Assembly (NCBI GenBank): GCA_026936335.1
Contig: JAPMXV010000022.1
Location: 124,001 to 188,000 of the forward strand
Length of the DNA: 64,000 nucleotides
Reading direction: 5' to 3'
Source: Mantamonas sphyraenae STR306
Lineage: Eukaryota; Protista; CRuMs
The notes beneath the pieces were generated by a model. The model ran no database searches. It was not told the origin of the DNA and was given only the letters and a program-made list of their open reading frames with translations. Made by a program: the position numbers and the translations under genes. Shown piece by piece: positions 24,601 through 37,042 of this stretch; position 1 is the stretch's first letter; each line of letters opens with the position of its first letter.

Positions 24601-27600
24601 TTTGAGGGCAAACTGGCGAGCAAGGGCAAGGAGGTGGAACAGCTGCAGCGACGCAACAACGAACAGCGGGTGGCGGCAGAGGAGCGGGAGAGGAGGCACG
24701 CAGACGAAGTGGCTCAGGTGCGTCGCGAACGCGAACGTGACCTGGAGGTGAAGGAGAAGGAGATGGACAAGATGCGTGCGGAGCTGAGCCAGCTTGCAAG
24801 CAAGCACGAGAAGGACATGGAGCGCGTGGAAGCACACCACGGCAGCGTGGTGGCACGCATGCAGCAGGAAGCTGAGGCTGTGAAGAAGGAGCTGCGGGAG
24901 GTGCAGGCGGCGCTGGGCAAGGCAGAACAGGCAGTGGCCGAGGAGAAGCGTGTCACCATGCGTGAGCGACACGCAGCCGAGCTGGAGAAGGAAGCGGCAG
25001 TGAGAGAGCAGGAAAGCGTGGCGGATGCGTTGCGCGAACGCATCGCCGAGCTGGAAACACGCTTCAGCGAACAGTGGAACGAGGCGAGTCTCAAGTCGGA
25101 CAGCATGATTGAGCAGATGCGAGGCGATTACGAGCGCAAGAGTGCCGAGGTGGTGCAGCTGTACGCACGCGTGAGCGAGCTGGAGAAGCAGGTTGCGTCG
25201 GGCAAGCAGAGTGCAGGGCGCAAGCTGCAAGAGGAGGCGGCCAAGGCGGAACGAGAGCAGCGCGAGTTGCGCGACCAACTGGAAGCGGCCAAGCAGAGTG
25301 CAGCCGAAGCCAAACAGGGCGCAGAGACACAGGTGCGCGAAGCCAAACAAGCCGCAGAACGTGCAGCGAGCGAGGCGGAGCGTGCGGCGGACAAACGTGT
25401 GATGGAAGTGGAGCGTGCGCTGGGCGAACAGGTGAGCGCGCTGGAGATGCGACTGTTCCAGAGCGAAGAAGCGGCGAAGAATGCAGCGACGGCAAGTGAC
25501 AGTGCACGCGTGGCGGCGGAGAAGAAGGTGGAAGAGTTGAGTGGGGAGTGCGAGCGACTGCGTGAACGTGTGCAGAGCGTACAGGCGACGGCCGAGGAGG
25601 CACGACGCGGGTACGAATCGGCGATTGAGGAAAGCAAGCGCAGCGCAGACGCGAGTGTGGAGAAACTGCGCAGCCGTGTGGAAACACTGGAGGCCGAGGT
25701 GGAAGCGCATCAGAAGACGCGCACCGAGGCGGAACGGAGGGTGGAAGAGGCGACAGCGGCGGCACAGGCGCGTGTGGAGGAAGTGTACACACTGAAGAGA
25801 CAGCTTCAGGAGGCGTCGACGGCACACAAGATGCAAACGCAGCAGGAGAAGCACGAGCGAGAGCGAGAGCTGAACAAGCTGGAGGCGAAGCTGGAGGCAC
25901 GCGAAAACGAGGTGGCAGGGCTGCAAAAGGCGCTGCAGGAACAGCGTGTGCGCTTCGACGAAGAGCAAAGCAGGCTGGAAAAGAGCATGGACGAGATGAA
26001 GCGTGAACACGTGCAACAACTGCGCGTGAAGAACGCAGAGCTGGAGCGCGCGCGCAGCGAGGCCTCTGCAGAACTGAGCAAGGCCGAAGAGAACCAACGG
26101 GAGCTGGCCATGGAGATGCAGAGCAGCCGCAGCCTGATGGAACAGAAACTGGCCAGCAAGGATTCGGAGATCTTTACGCTGAACGGAGAAATCACACGGT
26201 TGCGCTCGAGCACGAGCGAAGAGCTGCGCAACATGAGCCAGGACCTGAGCAGCAAGGAGACAGCGCTGCAGCAGATCATCGACAGCAAGCAGCAGCAGAT
26301 CACAGAGCTGCGTGAACGCGTGTTGGGCCTGGAAAAGAGCATGGAGAACGAGCACGAGCGACGCGAACGTGCAGTAGACAGCGTCAAGCGCGACCACGAG
26401 CGTGCATTGGGCGAAAAGGCAGAGGCCATCCGCGAGCTGGAAAGGCGCCTGGAGTCGGAGAAGCAACGATTGAGTGCCGATGCTGAACGTGCAGCACGGG
26501 AGGCGGCGCTGGAGAAGCAGCAGCTGACGAAACAGGTGGCGGATCTGGAGGCTGCACACAAGCAGACAGAAGGCCACGCAAAGACTCTGCAGGAGAAGCT
26601 GCTGGAGAAGGAGGCGACGTTCCGGGAGACGGTGGCCAGCGAGGGCAAGACGCACGAGAGTGCGGTGAATGCGTTGCGCCAGGAGGTGTCCACGCTGCAG
26701 GAGCAGTTGAACGGCGTGCGTAGCGCGCTGGAGAAGAAGGACAACGAACTGGCGTTGCAGGTGGAGCGATCGGCGAGGCAGCTTGCGGCGGAACTGAACG
26801 CAAAGCAGGCCGAGGTGGAGGCGGCTCAGAAGGCGCTTGCAGACGCGACGGGGGCGGCGGAACGAGAGCGCAAGAGCATGGAACGAGAGGTGGCAGACAT
26901 GAAGCACAAGGTGGCCAACGCAGAAAAGGCTGCGTTTGAGCAGGCGAGCAAGGCCAAGGAGAAGCTGGACAACGCAGAGAGGCGATTTGCAGAGGAGATG
27001 ATGCGCGTGCGTGAGGATGCGAAACGCAGCAAATCGATGCTGAACCAGAGGGTGGCACATCTGGAAGAGAAGAACGAGATGAAGAACAGGGAGATGATGG
27101 AACTGCACGAGCGCATCCGGGAGATTGCGGCGGACCACCAGTCGGAGCTGTCGAACAGGGACGAGGAGGTGCGACGATTGAACCGATCGCAGATGGACGA
27201 CGTGCAGAGCAAGCAGAGTGAGGTGGACGCACTCAAGGCACAGCTGACTGAGAAGGACATCAAGCACGCGGCTGAGCTGAAGGCGCTTCAGGGAGAGCTG
27301 GAACGCAAACACGAGAGCCAGCACATGCAGATGGAGCGGCTGGAAATGGAGAAGAGGGAGTGGGACAGGCAGCGCGGAGAGATACAAGCGCGTCTGGACA
27401 GGAGCAAAGACCACCTGGATGCACAGATCAACGCGTTGAAGAACGAACACGTGTTGATTGTGCGACAGAAGGAGGACGCACTGCGAGACATGCAACGCAA
27501 GCGAGAAGAGGAAACAGCGCTGGGCGAGCTTGCGCTGCAGCGTGCAGGAGACCAGTTGGAGCGTGTGAAGCAGGACCACGTGGCGGAACTGAAGATCCGC

Positions 27601-30600
27601 GAGTCGGAAATGCGCCTTGCGCAGGAGGCGATCGTGCGCAAGGAGAAGCAGGCGAGCAGTCTGGCAGAGCGTGTGAGCGAGCTGCAGGCGAAGCTGAATG
27701 GAGTGGAGGAGCGACTGCGCAGCAAGGAGGCCGAGTTGAACGCACGCATGAACGAAATGGCCAGCAACGAGGCGAGGGAGCAGATGGAGAGGCAGAACAT
27801 GCAACACGAGCTGGAGATGACGAGGCAAAAGATGGAAGCGGAACTGATGGCACGCAACACGGAAATGGAGCGGCTGCAGGGCGTTCTGCGTGACGCAGAG
27901 AGCAGGCACGACGACGAGGTACGTCGTGTGGAACGCGAACTGGAAACGTACAAGGTGGAGATGCGTGGCGAGCTGGATGCACGCGGCGCGGAGGTGCGGG
28001 AGCTGGAACAGCGGCTGGAGGAGGCGCAGGGCAGGGTGTTGGCCGAACGAGAGGCCAAGACCAGGGAACTGGCGGCACAGGCACGCGAGTATGAAGAGCG
28101 ACTGGAGGCCAAGGAGGCAGACGTGAGCCGTTTGCACGAACGGTTTGAAGAGGTGTCGCAGAGGCATGCGGGCGATTTGCAGAATGTGTCGCGGGAGGGC
28201 CAGACGCAGGTGAAGGAGTTGACGACGAAACTGATGGCGGTGCAATCGATGCACGACATCCAAAAGACAAAGCTGGAGGAGGCTGCGACGACGCTGGAGC
28301 AGCGGGAGGGACGCATTGCGACGCTGGAGCGTCTGTTGAAGGAGGGCGAAGACCAAGCACGCAGCCTGGAGGCGAGCGTGAGTGTGGCCGAACGTGAAGG
28401 AGCGTCAGAGAAGAACAGGCTGGAGGAGGAACTGAAGCGGGTGCGTGTGGCGCACGAGCGACAGGTGAATGGCCTGGAGGGGACGCTGCGCGAGCGTGGA
28501 GTACGCATCCGCGAGCTGGAGGACCAGGTGAAGGCGTTGCAAAAGGCAGGCGTGCTGGAGAAGCAGGAGGCAGCGGCCGAAGTGTCGCGTGCAGAGGAGG
28601 CAGCACGCATTGTGGGGGAGGAGCTGGCACGCGTGCAGAGGCGTCTGGAAGAGGTGCAAGCCAAGGCCGAGGCGGAACATGCCAAGATGCGCGAGGAGAA
28701 CGAGCGTGCGGCAAGCGAAGCAGCGGATGCGGTGCGCATGAAGAACCTGGAAATTGAGAATGTGAAGCGGATGCTGGAGGAGAGCGAGAAGCAAAGTGCG
28801 CGTGCGGTGCAGGCGGCAGAGATGAACGAGGAGGCGAGCAAGGCGCAGGTGGAACACCTGAAGGCACAGGTGCGCGAGTTGCGCATGAGTGCAAACGAGC
28901 AGGCGGAGCAGATGGAGGTGGAGTTGAACGAAACGATGCGTGTGTTTGAGGCGTCGCAGGGCATGTTCAACGAACAGTTGAGCGAAGCCAACGCACGCTC
29001 GCGCTACCTGGAAGAGGAAAACGCAGGGCTGCGTGGAGAGATGGCGCGTGGAGAGGCCGAGCTGCGTGCAGAGCTGCGCGAAACGCGTGCTCGTCTGGAC
29101 AGCGAGTTGGCAGAGAAGAACGAGGCGCTGGCGAGTGTCAAGAGTGAGCTGGCGGAGGTGCGCTTCGAGTTGCGTGGCACGCAGAAGGAGCACGCCATGG
29201 CGGTGGCTCACATGGAACGCGAATGGGAGAACAAGCTGCGTGCAGCCACAATGGAACGCGATCAGGCGCGGCATGAGGCGGCGGAGGCGGCAACACGCAA
29301 CGAGGCACTGCTGCAGGACACAAAGAGCAGCCACAGCAACGAGGTGGAAGAGTTGACGGCGGCCCTGCTTGCGGCAGAGGGGGAGAAGAGGCGAGCCGAG
29401 GCCGAGGTGGAACGATTGCGCAAGGAACGCAAAGCGGCAGCGGCGGCAGAGGCAGCAGGCGCGGAGGAGAATGCCAAACAGGTAGAAGTGGCACAGGAGG
29501 GTGCTCGCGAGAGACATGCGCTTGAAGAGGCGGTAAAACGAGCGCAGCGTGAAACAGAGATGGAACGGGAGAGGAAGGAGGATGCAGAGGCGGCCATGCG
29601 TGAGGCACAGGGCAAAGCAGAGGCGGCGGTGGCACAGGTGCGTGAGCTGGAACGTGCGGTGCACGAGGCGCAAACACAGCTGAAGATTGCGGAGCAGAGC
29701 AATGCGCACGAGTTGGAACGGGTGCGTGGACAGGCGGAGATGGAGCGAAAGACGTTGGAGATGGAAATGGCGCAGGTGCGTCACCAGCTGGACGAGGAAA
29801 AGAGGCGACGGGAGGCAGATGCGGTGAGTGCAGGCGAACGGCTGGAGGCTGCCAGGGCGGAGATGGGCAAGCAGCTGGGGGCGAAACAGACAGACGTGGA
29901 ACGTCTGGAAGCGAAGCTGGAGCGGGTGGCAGAGAAGCACAGGCAGGAACTGGGCAGGAGGGAGACGAGCATGGAGAGCGAGCGGTTGAGTCTGAAGGAG
30001 CAGGTGCGCGAGAAGGAGACGGAAATCCGAGAGCTGCTGGCACGCATTGCGTCCATGGAAGAGGCGCGCGTGCGTGTGGCGGATGAACGAACAACGAAGG
30101 AGGGCGAATTGCGTCGTGAGTGTGAGGCCAAGGTGCGTGAGGCGTCGCTGGAGCTGGAGCAGGGGATGAATCAGTTGCGTGAGGCAAGACGTGCGGCGGA
30201 GGAGACGCGAGAGAGGGCGCGTGTGAGCGAAGAGCGTGCAGACACGCTGGCAGAGAAGCTTGCGGCGAGGACGGTGGAGTTGGAAGAGGCACGCAAGGCG
30301 GTGGAGACGACGCGTGGGGACGCACGTGTGGCAGCGCTTGCGGCAGAACAGGTGCAGAAGAACATGGCACGCGAACACGCGGGCGAGGTGGAACGTCTGC
30401 AGATGGCGGTGACGCAACACAAGGCGACCATCGAGTCGTTGGAACGACAGGTGGGCAAACAGGTGGAGGAGAGGCAGCGTGAGGTGGGCGAGCTGCGCAA
30501 GTCCATGGAGACAAGCGAGGAGCGACACGCGCGTGTGGTTGCGGAAATGAGCCGTGCCAGCAGCGAGGTGGAAGCCAAACGCGACGCGGAGCTGCAAAAG

Positions 30601-32770
30601 TTCCTGGAGGAGAGTCGTGAGCGTGGGGAGGCGGCGACGCGGGAGACGGTGGCGTTGCGCGAGGCGATGGGACGTGTGGAGAGCGAAGCAAAGGAGCACG
30701 TGCGTGAGGCGGAACGTGCGGCGGAGGAGTGGAAGGCAGAGGTGGCACGCGTGCGAGAGGAGGCGGAAGGGATTGTGGCCGAGTGGCAAACGCGCATGGA
30801 GGCAGAGCGTGTGACGATGGAGGGAGACAAGAGGGAGGCTGTGGAGAGGGCGATGCGGGAGGTGGAAATGATGCGGATGGAGTTTGAGAGCGAACTGGGC
30901 ATGCGCAACAACGAGATTGGGCAGTTGAAGGAGCGCATCAAGGTGGAAGAGCATCGTGCGAGCAGCGAGATGCGACACGCACGTGAAGAGACACGCAAGT
31001 TGCAGGAGAGCAACCTGGGTCTGAAGAAGCGTGTGGGCGAGCTGGAACGCAGCGTGGGCGAACTGAGCAGCAGGTTGGAACAGAGGCGCAAGGAGCACGA
31101 GCGCCTGCAAGCGGAAATGGAGGCTCGCAAGCAGGCGGCGCTGGAAACGAAGCAGAAAGAGGTGGAGAGCGCACAATCGCAGGTGGCGATGCTGAAGATG
31201 CAACTGTCGCAGGATCTGGAGACAGAGAGGCGACGCAGCGTGGACCAGGTGCGACAGGCGCAGCGTGCGGCTGAGCTGGAGGTGGGTGCCAAGGAGAAGA
31301 AGGTGGCGGAGTTGGAGGAGGAGCTGAGCAAGGTGGTGGAGGCACACGAGGAGGCACTGCGTGTGGCGGCGGAGGAACGCGCAGAACTGTTGCGACAGAA
31401 GCAGGGCGAGGTGGCAGAGTTGGAGGCAAAGGTGGAAGACAAGGAACGATGGGTGGAAGAGGAGCGGGTCAAGATGGAGCGCAACGTGGCCAAGGTACGC
31501 AAGGAGTGGAAGGCAGAAGTGGAGGCCAAGGAGGCGGAGATTGTACGTGTGCACGAGGAGATGGAACAGTTGGAGACGATGCACAAGGCGGCGAGTGACA
31601 AGATGCGACGTGCACATGGCGAGGAAATCGAACGGCTGAAGGCCATGCTTGGGGAGCGGGAGGAGCAGCTGAAGGCACTCGGGGCGCAGATGACGGCCAA
31701 CGAGCAGGAGAGGCGTGCGGAAGAGGAACGCATGCGACGGACACACGACGAGGCATTGGCCACATTGCGTGGGGAGCTGGAGGAGAAGCGTGAGACGGCG
31801 GTGGCGGCGGTAAAGAGGGAGATGGGAGCAGCGGCGACGGCGTTGCGACGGCAATTGGAGAGTGCGCGTGCGAGCGAGGAACGCAGCCAGCGTGAGGTGG
31901 AGGAGGTGAAGCGGGAGATGGCGTACGAGAGGGAACGATCGCGGGATGTGAAGGAGGAAGTGGAGCGTGTGCGACGCGAGTGGAGGGAGGAAGTGGAGCG
32001 AGTGCGGGGAGAGTGGCGTGCCGAAACGGAACGGCTGCGAGAGACGGTGGAAAAGAAGGAGCAGGCGTTGCGACGAGCAGAGGAGGAGGCGATGCAAGAG
32101 AACCATGCACACGTGATGGCAATGGCAACGGCGCAGAGGGAGAGCGAAGAGAGGGTGCACGCGGCCAAGCAGGAGACAGTGGATGTGCAGAGGGAACTGG
32201 GAGAGGTGCGTAGCAAGAGCGAGGTGCGTGTGGCGCAGCTGGAGAAGCAGGTGCGCAGCTTGCAGGATCAGCTGGACGGAGTGCGACGCAGCAAGGAGCA
32301 GGAAGTGACACGTATGCGTGAGGCGATGCAGCAGGCAGAGGTGGCAAGTGCACAGAAGCTGCAGATGGTGCGTGGGCAGCATGCAGAGGAGAAGAAGGCT
32401 CTGGAGGCAGGGGTTGCGGAGAAGGAGAGGCAGATGCGTGCGGTGGAGAAGGAGATGGAAGTGGAGGTGGCACGGCAGAAGGAACAGGTGCGTGCGATGA
32501 AGAGGGAGGTGGAGACCGCACAGAGGCAGGTGAGCCAGAGTGCACGGGAGGCACAGGAAGCCAATAGCATGGTGCGTACGGTGCGCAAGCAGCTGGAGGC
32601 AAAGGAGAAGGAGTACAACAAGCTGCAGGGACAGATGGAGGCAACAAGCGCCCAACTCAAGGAGATGGAGGCCAAGCATGCGGCCTGCGTGGAGAGAGAA
32701 GAAGCGTGTGGAGACCGAGTTGCGTGAGGTGCGAGCACGACTGGATGGGTTGCAAGGCGGCAGCGGATGA
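9635..32770 (+). CDS. Giant coiled-coil protein B (~7,600 aa); exons 9635-9913, 10004-10498, 10643-10939, 11054-32770, with two apparent indel frameshifts (~24308, ~32695)
   Basis: S/T/G-rich head (MSSSSPF...). Phase-0 introns 9914-10003 (GTAAGG, branch GCTGAC, CAG), 10499-10642 (GTACGT...ACAG) and 10940-11053 (GTAAGT...CAG; 11071 is also in frame). ORFs 11072..24358, 24313..32727 and the tail of 32540..32770 give continuous coiled-coil sequence across the two frame changes. The start codon is inferred. Confidence 0.8.
14606..15121 (+). repeat. Four consecutive units of a degenerate 43-aa (129-bp) protein repeat; representative stretch in protein B
   Basis: Units start K-NNAL, R-DGEI, Q-QQEL and A-DDEA, and the next starts K-TLDI. 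Counted spacing is 43 aa each (14606 to 15122 = 516 nt). His recurs at position 26 and E-[HYL] at 36-37. Confidence 0.75.
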
Positions 32771-32820
32771 TGAGTGAGTGAGGGAGGGAGGAGAGGGAGG
32801 GATTGTGAATCGGACAAGCT

Positions 32821-34440
32821 CTACGTGGATTGCTTCTTCAGCCACTTGTCGTGGGCCTTTTGGTGGGCCTTGAGCAGCTTGGTGAGCTTCTTGAGACGGC
32901 TCTTTGTGAGTTCGTTGCCGTCTGCGTCGTGGGTGGGGAAGCCCGAGTCGTCAAAGGCGGAAAACTCGGGGTCGTCGCGGAAGAGCTGGTCGGGTGGAAT
33001 GGCGGCTTTGGCATCCTTCTCGGCCTGGGCAGCGTCTGCGGCAGCCTTGCGTTCGGCCTTGATGCGTTCGGCCTCCTGGGCTTGTGCTTGCTCGGCGGCA
33101 AGCTGTTCCTGGATGGCCTTCTTGTCCATGATCTTCCACTGGGTGGCGCCGTCTCGATCCTCAAAGATGACGCCTGTGGGCGGGAGCTGGTTGTCGCGCA
33201 CGTCGTCGCAGAGCTGGAGCAGTTGCTGGGTCAGACTGCTGCTCTCGGCGGCAAGGGCAAGGTTGCGGACCTGTGTGCGGAAGGAGGAAAACACATCGAG
33301 GACGGGCTCCATGGCGCTGCTGTCTGCGTCGCCCTCTGCGGCGGCAAAGCCCATGAGGTCGCGGCCGTTGAGGCCAAACACGTCAAAGAGGCGCGCAATG
33401 TACTTGGCAATGGAGGCCAGGAGCTGTGCGCGCACAGGGTGTGCTGCCTCCTCCACGTCGCGCAGGTACAGGTTGACATCCTTGATGAGCTGCTGAAGGG
33501 CAAGCATGGCGGTGGGCGTGTCGATGTTGTCCAGCAGGGCCGCGTGGACGTCGGCCTTGGCCTGAGCAAACTTTGCCTGAAGGGTGTGCTCGTGGCTGCC
33601 CCACTTCTCCGGACCTCCCTGTGTGCCCTTGCTGCTCTGTGCGTACCTTCGCATTTCCACGCTGACATTGGCGAAAAAGTCGACAAAGGCCTTTTCCACG
33701 GCCTGGGCCGTGTTGAGGCTGTCGGTGCTGTACTGCATCTGTGCGCCGTAGCGGTGCTGGAGAAAGAGGATGCGGATCTGGCGTGCGGTGTAGGTGTCCA
33801 GCACCTCACGGATGGTAATGAAGTTCTTGAGACTCTTGCTCATCTTGCGGCCGTGGATGTGCAGGTGACCCGAGTGGAGGAAGTAGTTGATCCACTGCTG
33901 GTGGCCGTAGTATGCCTCGGCCTGGGCCAACTCGTTGTCGTGGTGGGGAAAGGTCAGGTCCACGCCGCCGCTGTGGATGTCGATAGTCTTGCCCAGGATG
34001 GCAGAGGCCATGACGGAGCACTCGATGTGCCAGCCGGGCCTTCCGTTGCCCCATGGCGACGTCCAGAAGGGTTCTCCCTCTTTGCTGGCCTTCCACAGAG
34101 CAAAGTCGCTGGCGTGCTTCTTGTCGTCGGCGGTGGTGCCCAGCTTGCCCTCGCCTTCGGCCAGGAGCTCGGAGTTGCCCCATGCACCGGGGACCAATTT
34201 CGGATAATTGTGCACTTCGGCGAACGCGTGCGTGTCAAAGTACACACTGTTGTTGCTCTCGTATGCAAATCCATTGGCAATGATCTGTTCGATGTAGGCG
34301 ACAATTTCGGGGACGTATTCGCTGACACGTGTGACGGTGTCGGGTCGTTCGATGCCCAGGGCGTCGAGGTCCTCAAAGAACTCGTTCTCAAAGCGGCGGC
34401 TGATGTCCGTGAAGGGCACATTCTGCTCGTTGGACGCAAT

Positions 34441-34476
<36 letters not shown>

Positions 34477-34794
34477 CAGGTGGATGTCGTAGCGGAAGTA
34501 ATCGCGCAGGATGCGTCGCAGGATGTCGAAACTCAGGTAGGTGCGTGCGTGGCCCAGGTGTGCGTGCGAATAGACGGTGGGACCGCAGGTGTACCACGTC
34601 AGCGTGTTGGGTGCCCCATCCACCGCAGAGGCAGTGATGAAAGGCACCTGAGAGTTGGTGAGGGAGTTGTGCAGCTGCAACGGCACGAATTGCTCCCCTT
34701 CCGGCTGGTCCCACGGCGGCCTGCTTGTCGTGTCATCGTCCAGCGACGTCACCAACGATTGGTCTTTCACTTGCTGAGGTTCCGTGGTGGTCAT
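32821..34794 (-). CDS. CARS1: Cysteinyl-tRNA synthetase, cytosolic eukaryotic type (657 aa, intronless)
   Basis: WYTCGPTVY..HLGHAR (HIGH), MNITDVDDKII, DFALWK, PWGNGRPGWHIECS, HSGGVDLTFPHHDNE and KMSKS motifs, plus the eukaryotic C-terminal ...D..G.PTHD..G.EL.KS tail. ATG at 34794. Confidence 0.97.
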
Positions 34795-34876
34795 TCCTTT
34801 TCTGAAAGGGGGGAGGGTGTTGAGGTGGGCGACCCCGCGCAACTGGGGTTCCCTGTGTTTGCATGTCGAGAGAGGG

Positions 34877-34908
34877 TGTGGTGTGTGTGTGTGTGTGTGT
34901 GTGTGTGT
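34877..34908. repeat. (GT)n/(CA)n microsatellite; similar tracts at ~35609-35632, 37614-37640, 41141-41158, 58144-58181, 59745-59760
   Basis: Dinucleotide runs read directly; they lie in introns and intergenic spacers. Confidence 0.9.
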
Positions 34909-34956
34909 GCAAGGGACGAAAGCAATGGGGAAGTGGGAGGAGGGAGAGGAGGGAGT

Positions 34957-36016
34957 TTAGGAGGTTTGTTCGAGCAGGTCGACAACCATCTGCTCCAGTT
35001 GCTTGCTGGCAAAGTATTCCATGCGTGCCTGCTGAAGCTCATCCTCAGAGCTGGGCTGTGTGGTGTCTGCGGACGGGCTGTTTGATTCCGTAGAGGAGGA
35101 GGAGGAGGAGGAGGTGGTGGTGGTGGTGTTTGCGTTGGTGGTTGGAGAAAGCGCGTCGAGATCCATGCCATCGTCCGAGGAGGTGGATGTGGTGGGTGTG
35201 ACGTGGTCAGCGTTGGATTGGAGGGTGATGGAGGATGCGTGTTGCAGGCTTGTGTGAAGTTGGTCCTTGACGGAGGCAACGGTGGTCATGAGTTCTTGGG
35301 TGGTGTCTAGGTGGCGCTGGATCTGTGTCTGCAGCATCTCCTTGACCTCGTGGAAGGCCTGGCGGCGGCGGAAGGCGTTGAGGAGGTGGTTCATGTTGAA
35401 GAGGAGAAACTGAACCGCTTGGAGGCGTTCGTCGGCCTTTTCCGGATGATCCACCAGCACCTGGAGCAGCTCCACAAAGTTGAACATGGCACTGTGGCTG
35501 AGCTTGCGTAGTTTCACAATGGCTTCTTGCACGTCGTCACTTTCCAACTCGTACAGCTGGATCATACCTGCGTCGTCTAGCGAGATCTGCTCCTCCTTCA
35601 GCTGAGAGGTGTGTGCGTGTGTGTGTGTGTGTGCAGGGCAGGGATTGTAAGAGGCAATGCATGAAGAAGAAGTGGATGGTGGGGCACAATTGGGGGGAGG
35701 AAGGGGCTGTGCGTGGTAAGGGTTGCTTCCATACCTTGTGAGGCACCTGAAAGGCGGTCCAGCCTGCGTCGTCGTCTGGCAGTGGCGGCGGCGACGGCGC
35801 CCTGTACACGACATGACGTCCCTGCTCGTCAATGACGGGGATTTCCTGCTCTGTCGATGTGTCTTCTTCGTGTGTGCGTGTGTCCTGCTGCTCATCCTCG
35901 GCATACAGCGACGAGGAGCGTGCATGAGTGGCTTCGGCCTCCACAAACGCCTCAGGATCCACGTTCTTGTCCCCATACAGCTCAAAGTAGACCGGAGGCG
36001 CTGGAAATGTGTTCAT
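34957..36016 (-). CDS. MED7: Mediator subunit 7 (308 aa); exons 36016-35735, 35601-34957
   Basis: N-terminal FPAPPVYFELY and core LRKLSHSAMFNFVELL...NMNHLLNAFRRRQA match MED7. Phase-0 intron 35602-35734 (GTATGG...CTCAG); exon lengths 282+645 keep frame. Confidence 0.9.
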
Positions 36017-36240
36017 GGCGGGACGAAGTGTGTGGATGAGAAGTGGGATGGGAGAGGGAGGAGAAGGTGGGATGGGGTTGGAGTGTGGGTTTGAGTGGGT
36101 GTTGCAACGGGGTGGGGATTCACCAAGCACACACATGGTGGTGCAAATGGGCGATTCAACGGTAATGTGGAGGTTGGGAGGTGGGGTGGGGTGGGTTGGT
36201 GGTGGAGCAAAGCAGGAGGTCGGGGCAAGGCGTGTGCATC

Positions 36241-36984
36241 CTACGTGGTTTCCAAATCCATGCTGTCGGTGACAGCCCCAGTCTGCTGCTCTTCATCGTG
36301 GTGTTGTTGGTCGAGGATCTGCTGCTGGTACTCCTCGTATGTGTACATGGTGTATCCTTTGATGTCCTTGACGGACTGTGCGTTCTTGGGCCCGCGGGGA
36401 CGGAGGATGGCAACGAATCCGGTCTGCTGCGGGTCCACAACGAGACTCTGACGCAACTGGTGCCAGTCGTCGCCCGGGTGAAGGTGACCCAAGGCTTGGA
36501 CGCCCGTGAGACGCCAATTGAACTCCAGGATATTTGCAGAGAGGCAGGCGTAGATGTCGTGGGTGTCCCCTTGCTCCGTTTGCACTGTACACAACACGGT
36601 GTTGCTCTGACACGACGGGCTTCCGTGTTTGTTCTTGCCCGTGTTCTTGAACGACGCACCGTCCTTGTTGGATTTGGAAAAGTCCACGCTTGCGACGAGG
36701 GTGGTGAGCGATGATGGCTCCTCCTCCTCCTCCTCCTCCTGCTTGTCCTGACGCTGCTGACGTTGCTCCTCCTGATACGTCTCCACGAGTGGGTGTGTGT
36801 CTGCCAATCCCACCACCACGAGACCGTTGGTGTGTTCGTGCACGTACTGCCACGCGCCGTCCTTGTTGCGGCAATAGTACCGCGTGTAGTACCGTTCCAG
36901 TACGCTTGCCGGCTTGGCAGATGCGGTGGCATCCTCCTTGGTGGGTGTGGATGATGATGATGACGATGATGATGACGATGACAT
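36241..36984 (-). CDS. ABITRAM: Actin-binding transcription modulator (ABITRAM/FAM206A/Simiate family, 247 aa)
   Basis: SVLERYYTRYY, H.NGLVVVGLA.THP, V..VDF, GK.KHG, LC.V, ILEFN.RL and GFVAIL motifs match the family as remembered. In-frame ATG at 36984. Confidence 0.82.
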   Translation of the reverse strand: MSSSSSSSSSSSTPTKEDATASAKPASVLERYYTRYYCRNKDGAWQYVHEHTNGLVVVGLADTHPLVETYQEEQRQQRQDKQEEEEEEEPSSLTTLVASVDFSKSNKDGASFKNTGKNKHGSPSCQSNTVLCTVQTEQGDTHDIYACLSANILEFNWRLTGVQALGHLHPGDDWHQLRQSLVVDPQQTGFVAILRPRGPKNAQSVKDIKGYTMYTYEEYQQQILDQQHHDEEQQTGAVTDSMDLETT

Positions 36985-37042
36985 TGGTGGCAGGGTGGTG
37001 CGGCGAGCGCAGAGCGCGCAAACCAAACACAAGAACCACCCC
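36985..37042. promoter_or_regulatory. Putative bidirectional promoter/5'UTR region (58 bp)
   Basis: Lies between the divergent start codons of ABITRAM (36984) and the LRR gene (37043); inferred from geometry only. Confidence 0.5.

Noticed and set aside
156-32770. Naming the giants as myosin, kinesin, SMC, rootletin or golgin
   Set aside because: No P-loop, motor, hinge or GRIP motif is visible. Any similarity would be compositional, so no gene symbol was assigned.
447-32817. Very long antisense and alternate-frame ORFs (e.g. 10034..13342, 23665..28356, 28405..32817)
   Set aside because: Shadow ORFs. The GAG/CAG/CTG/GCG-rich sense codons rarely produce stops on the opposite strand, and the translations are L/S/R/C low-complexity with no domain signal.
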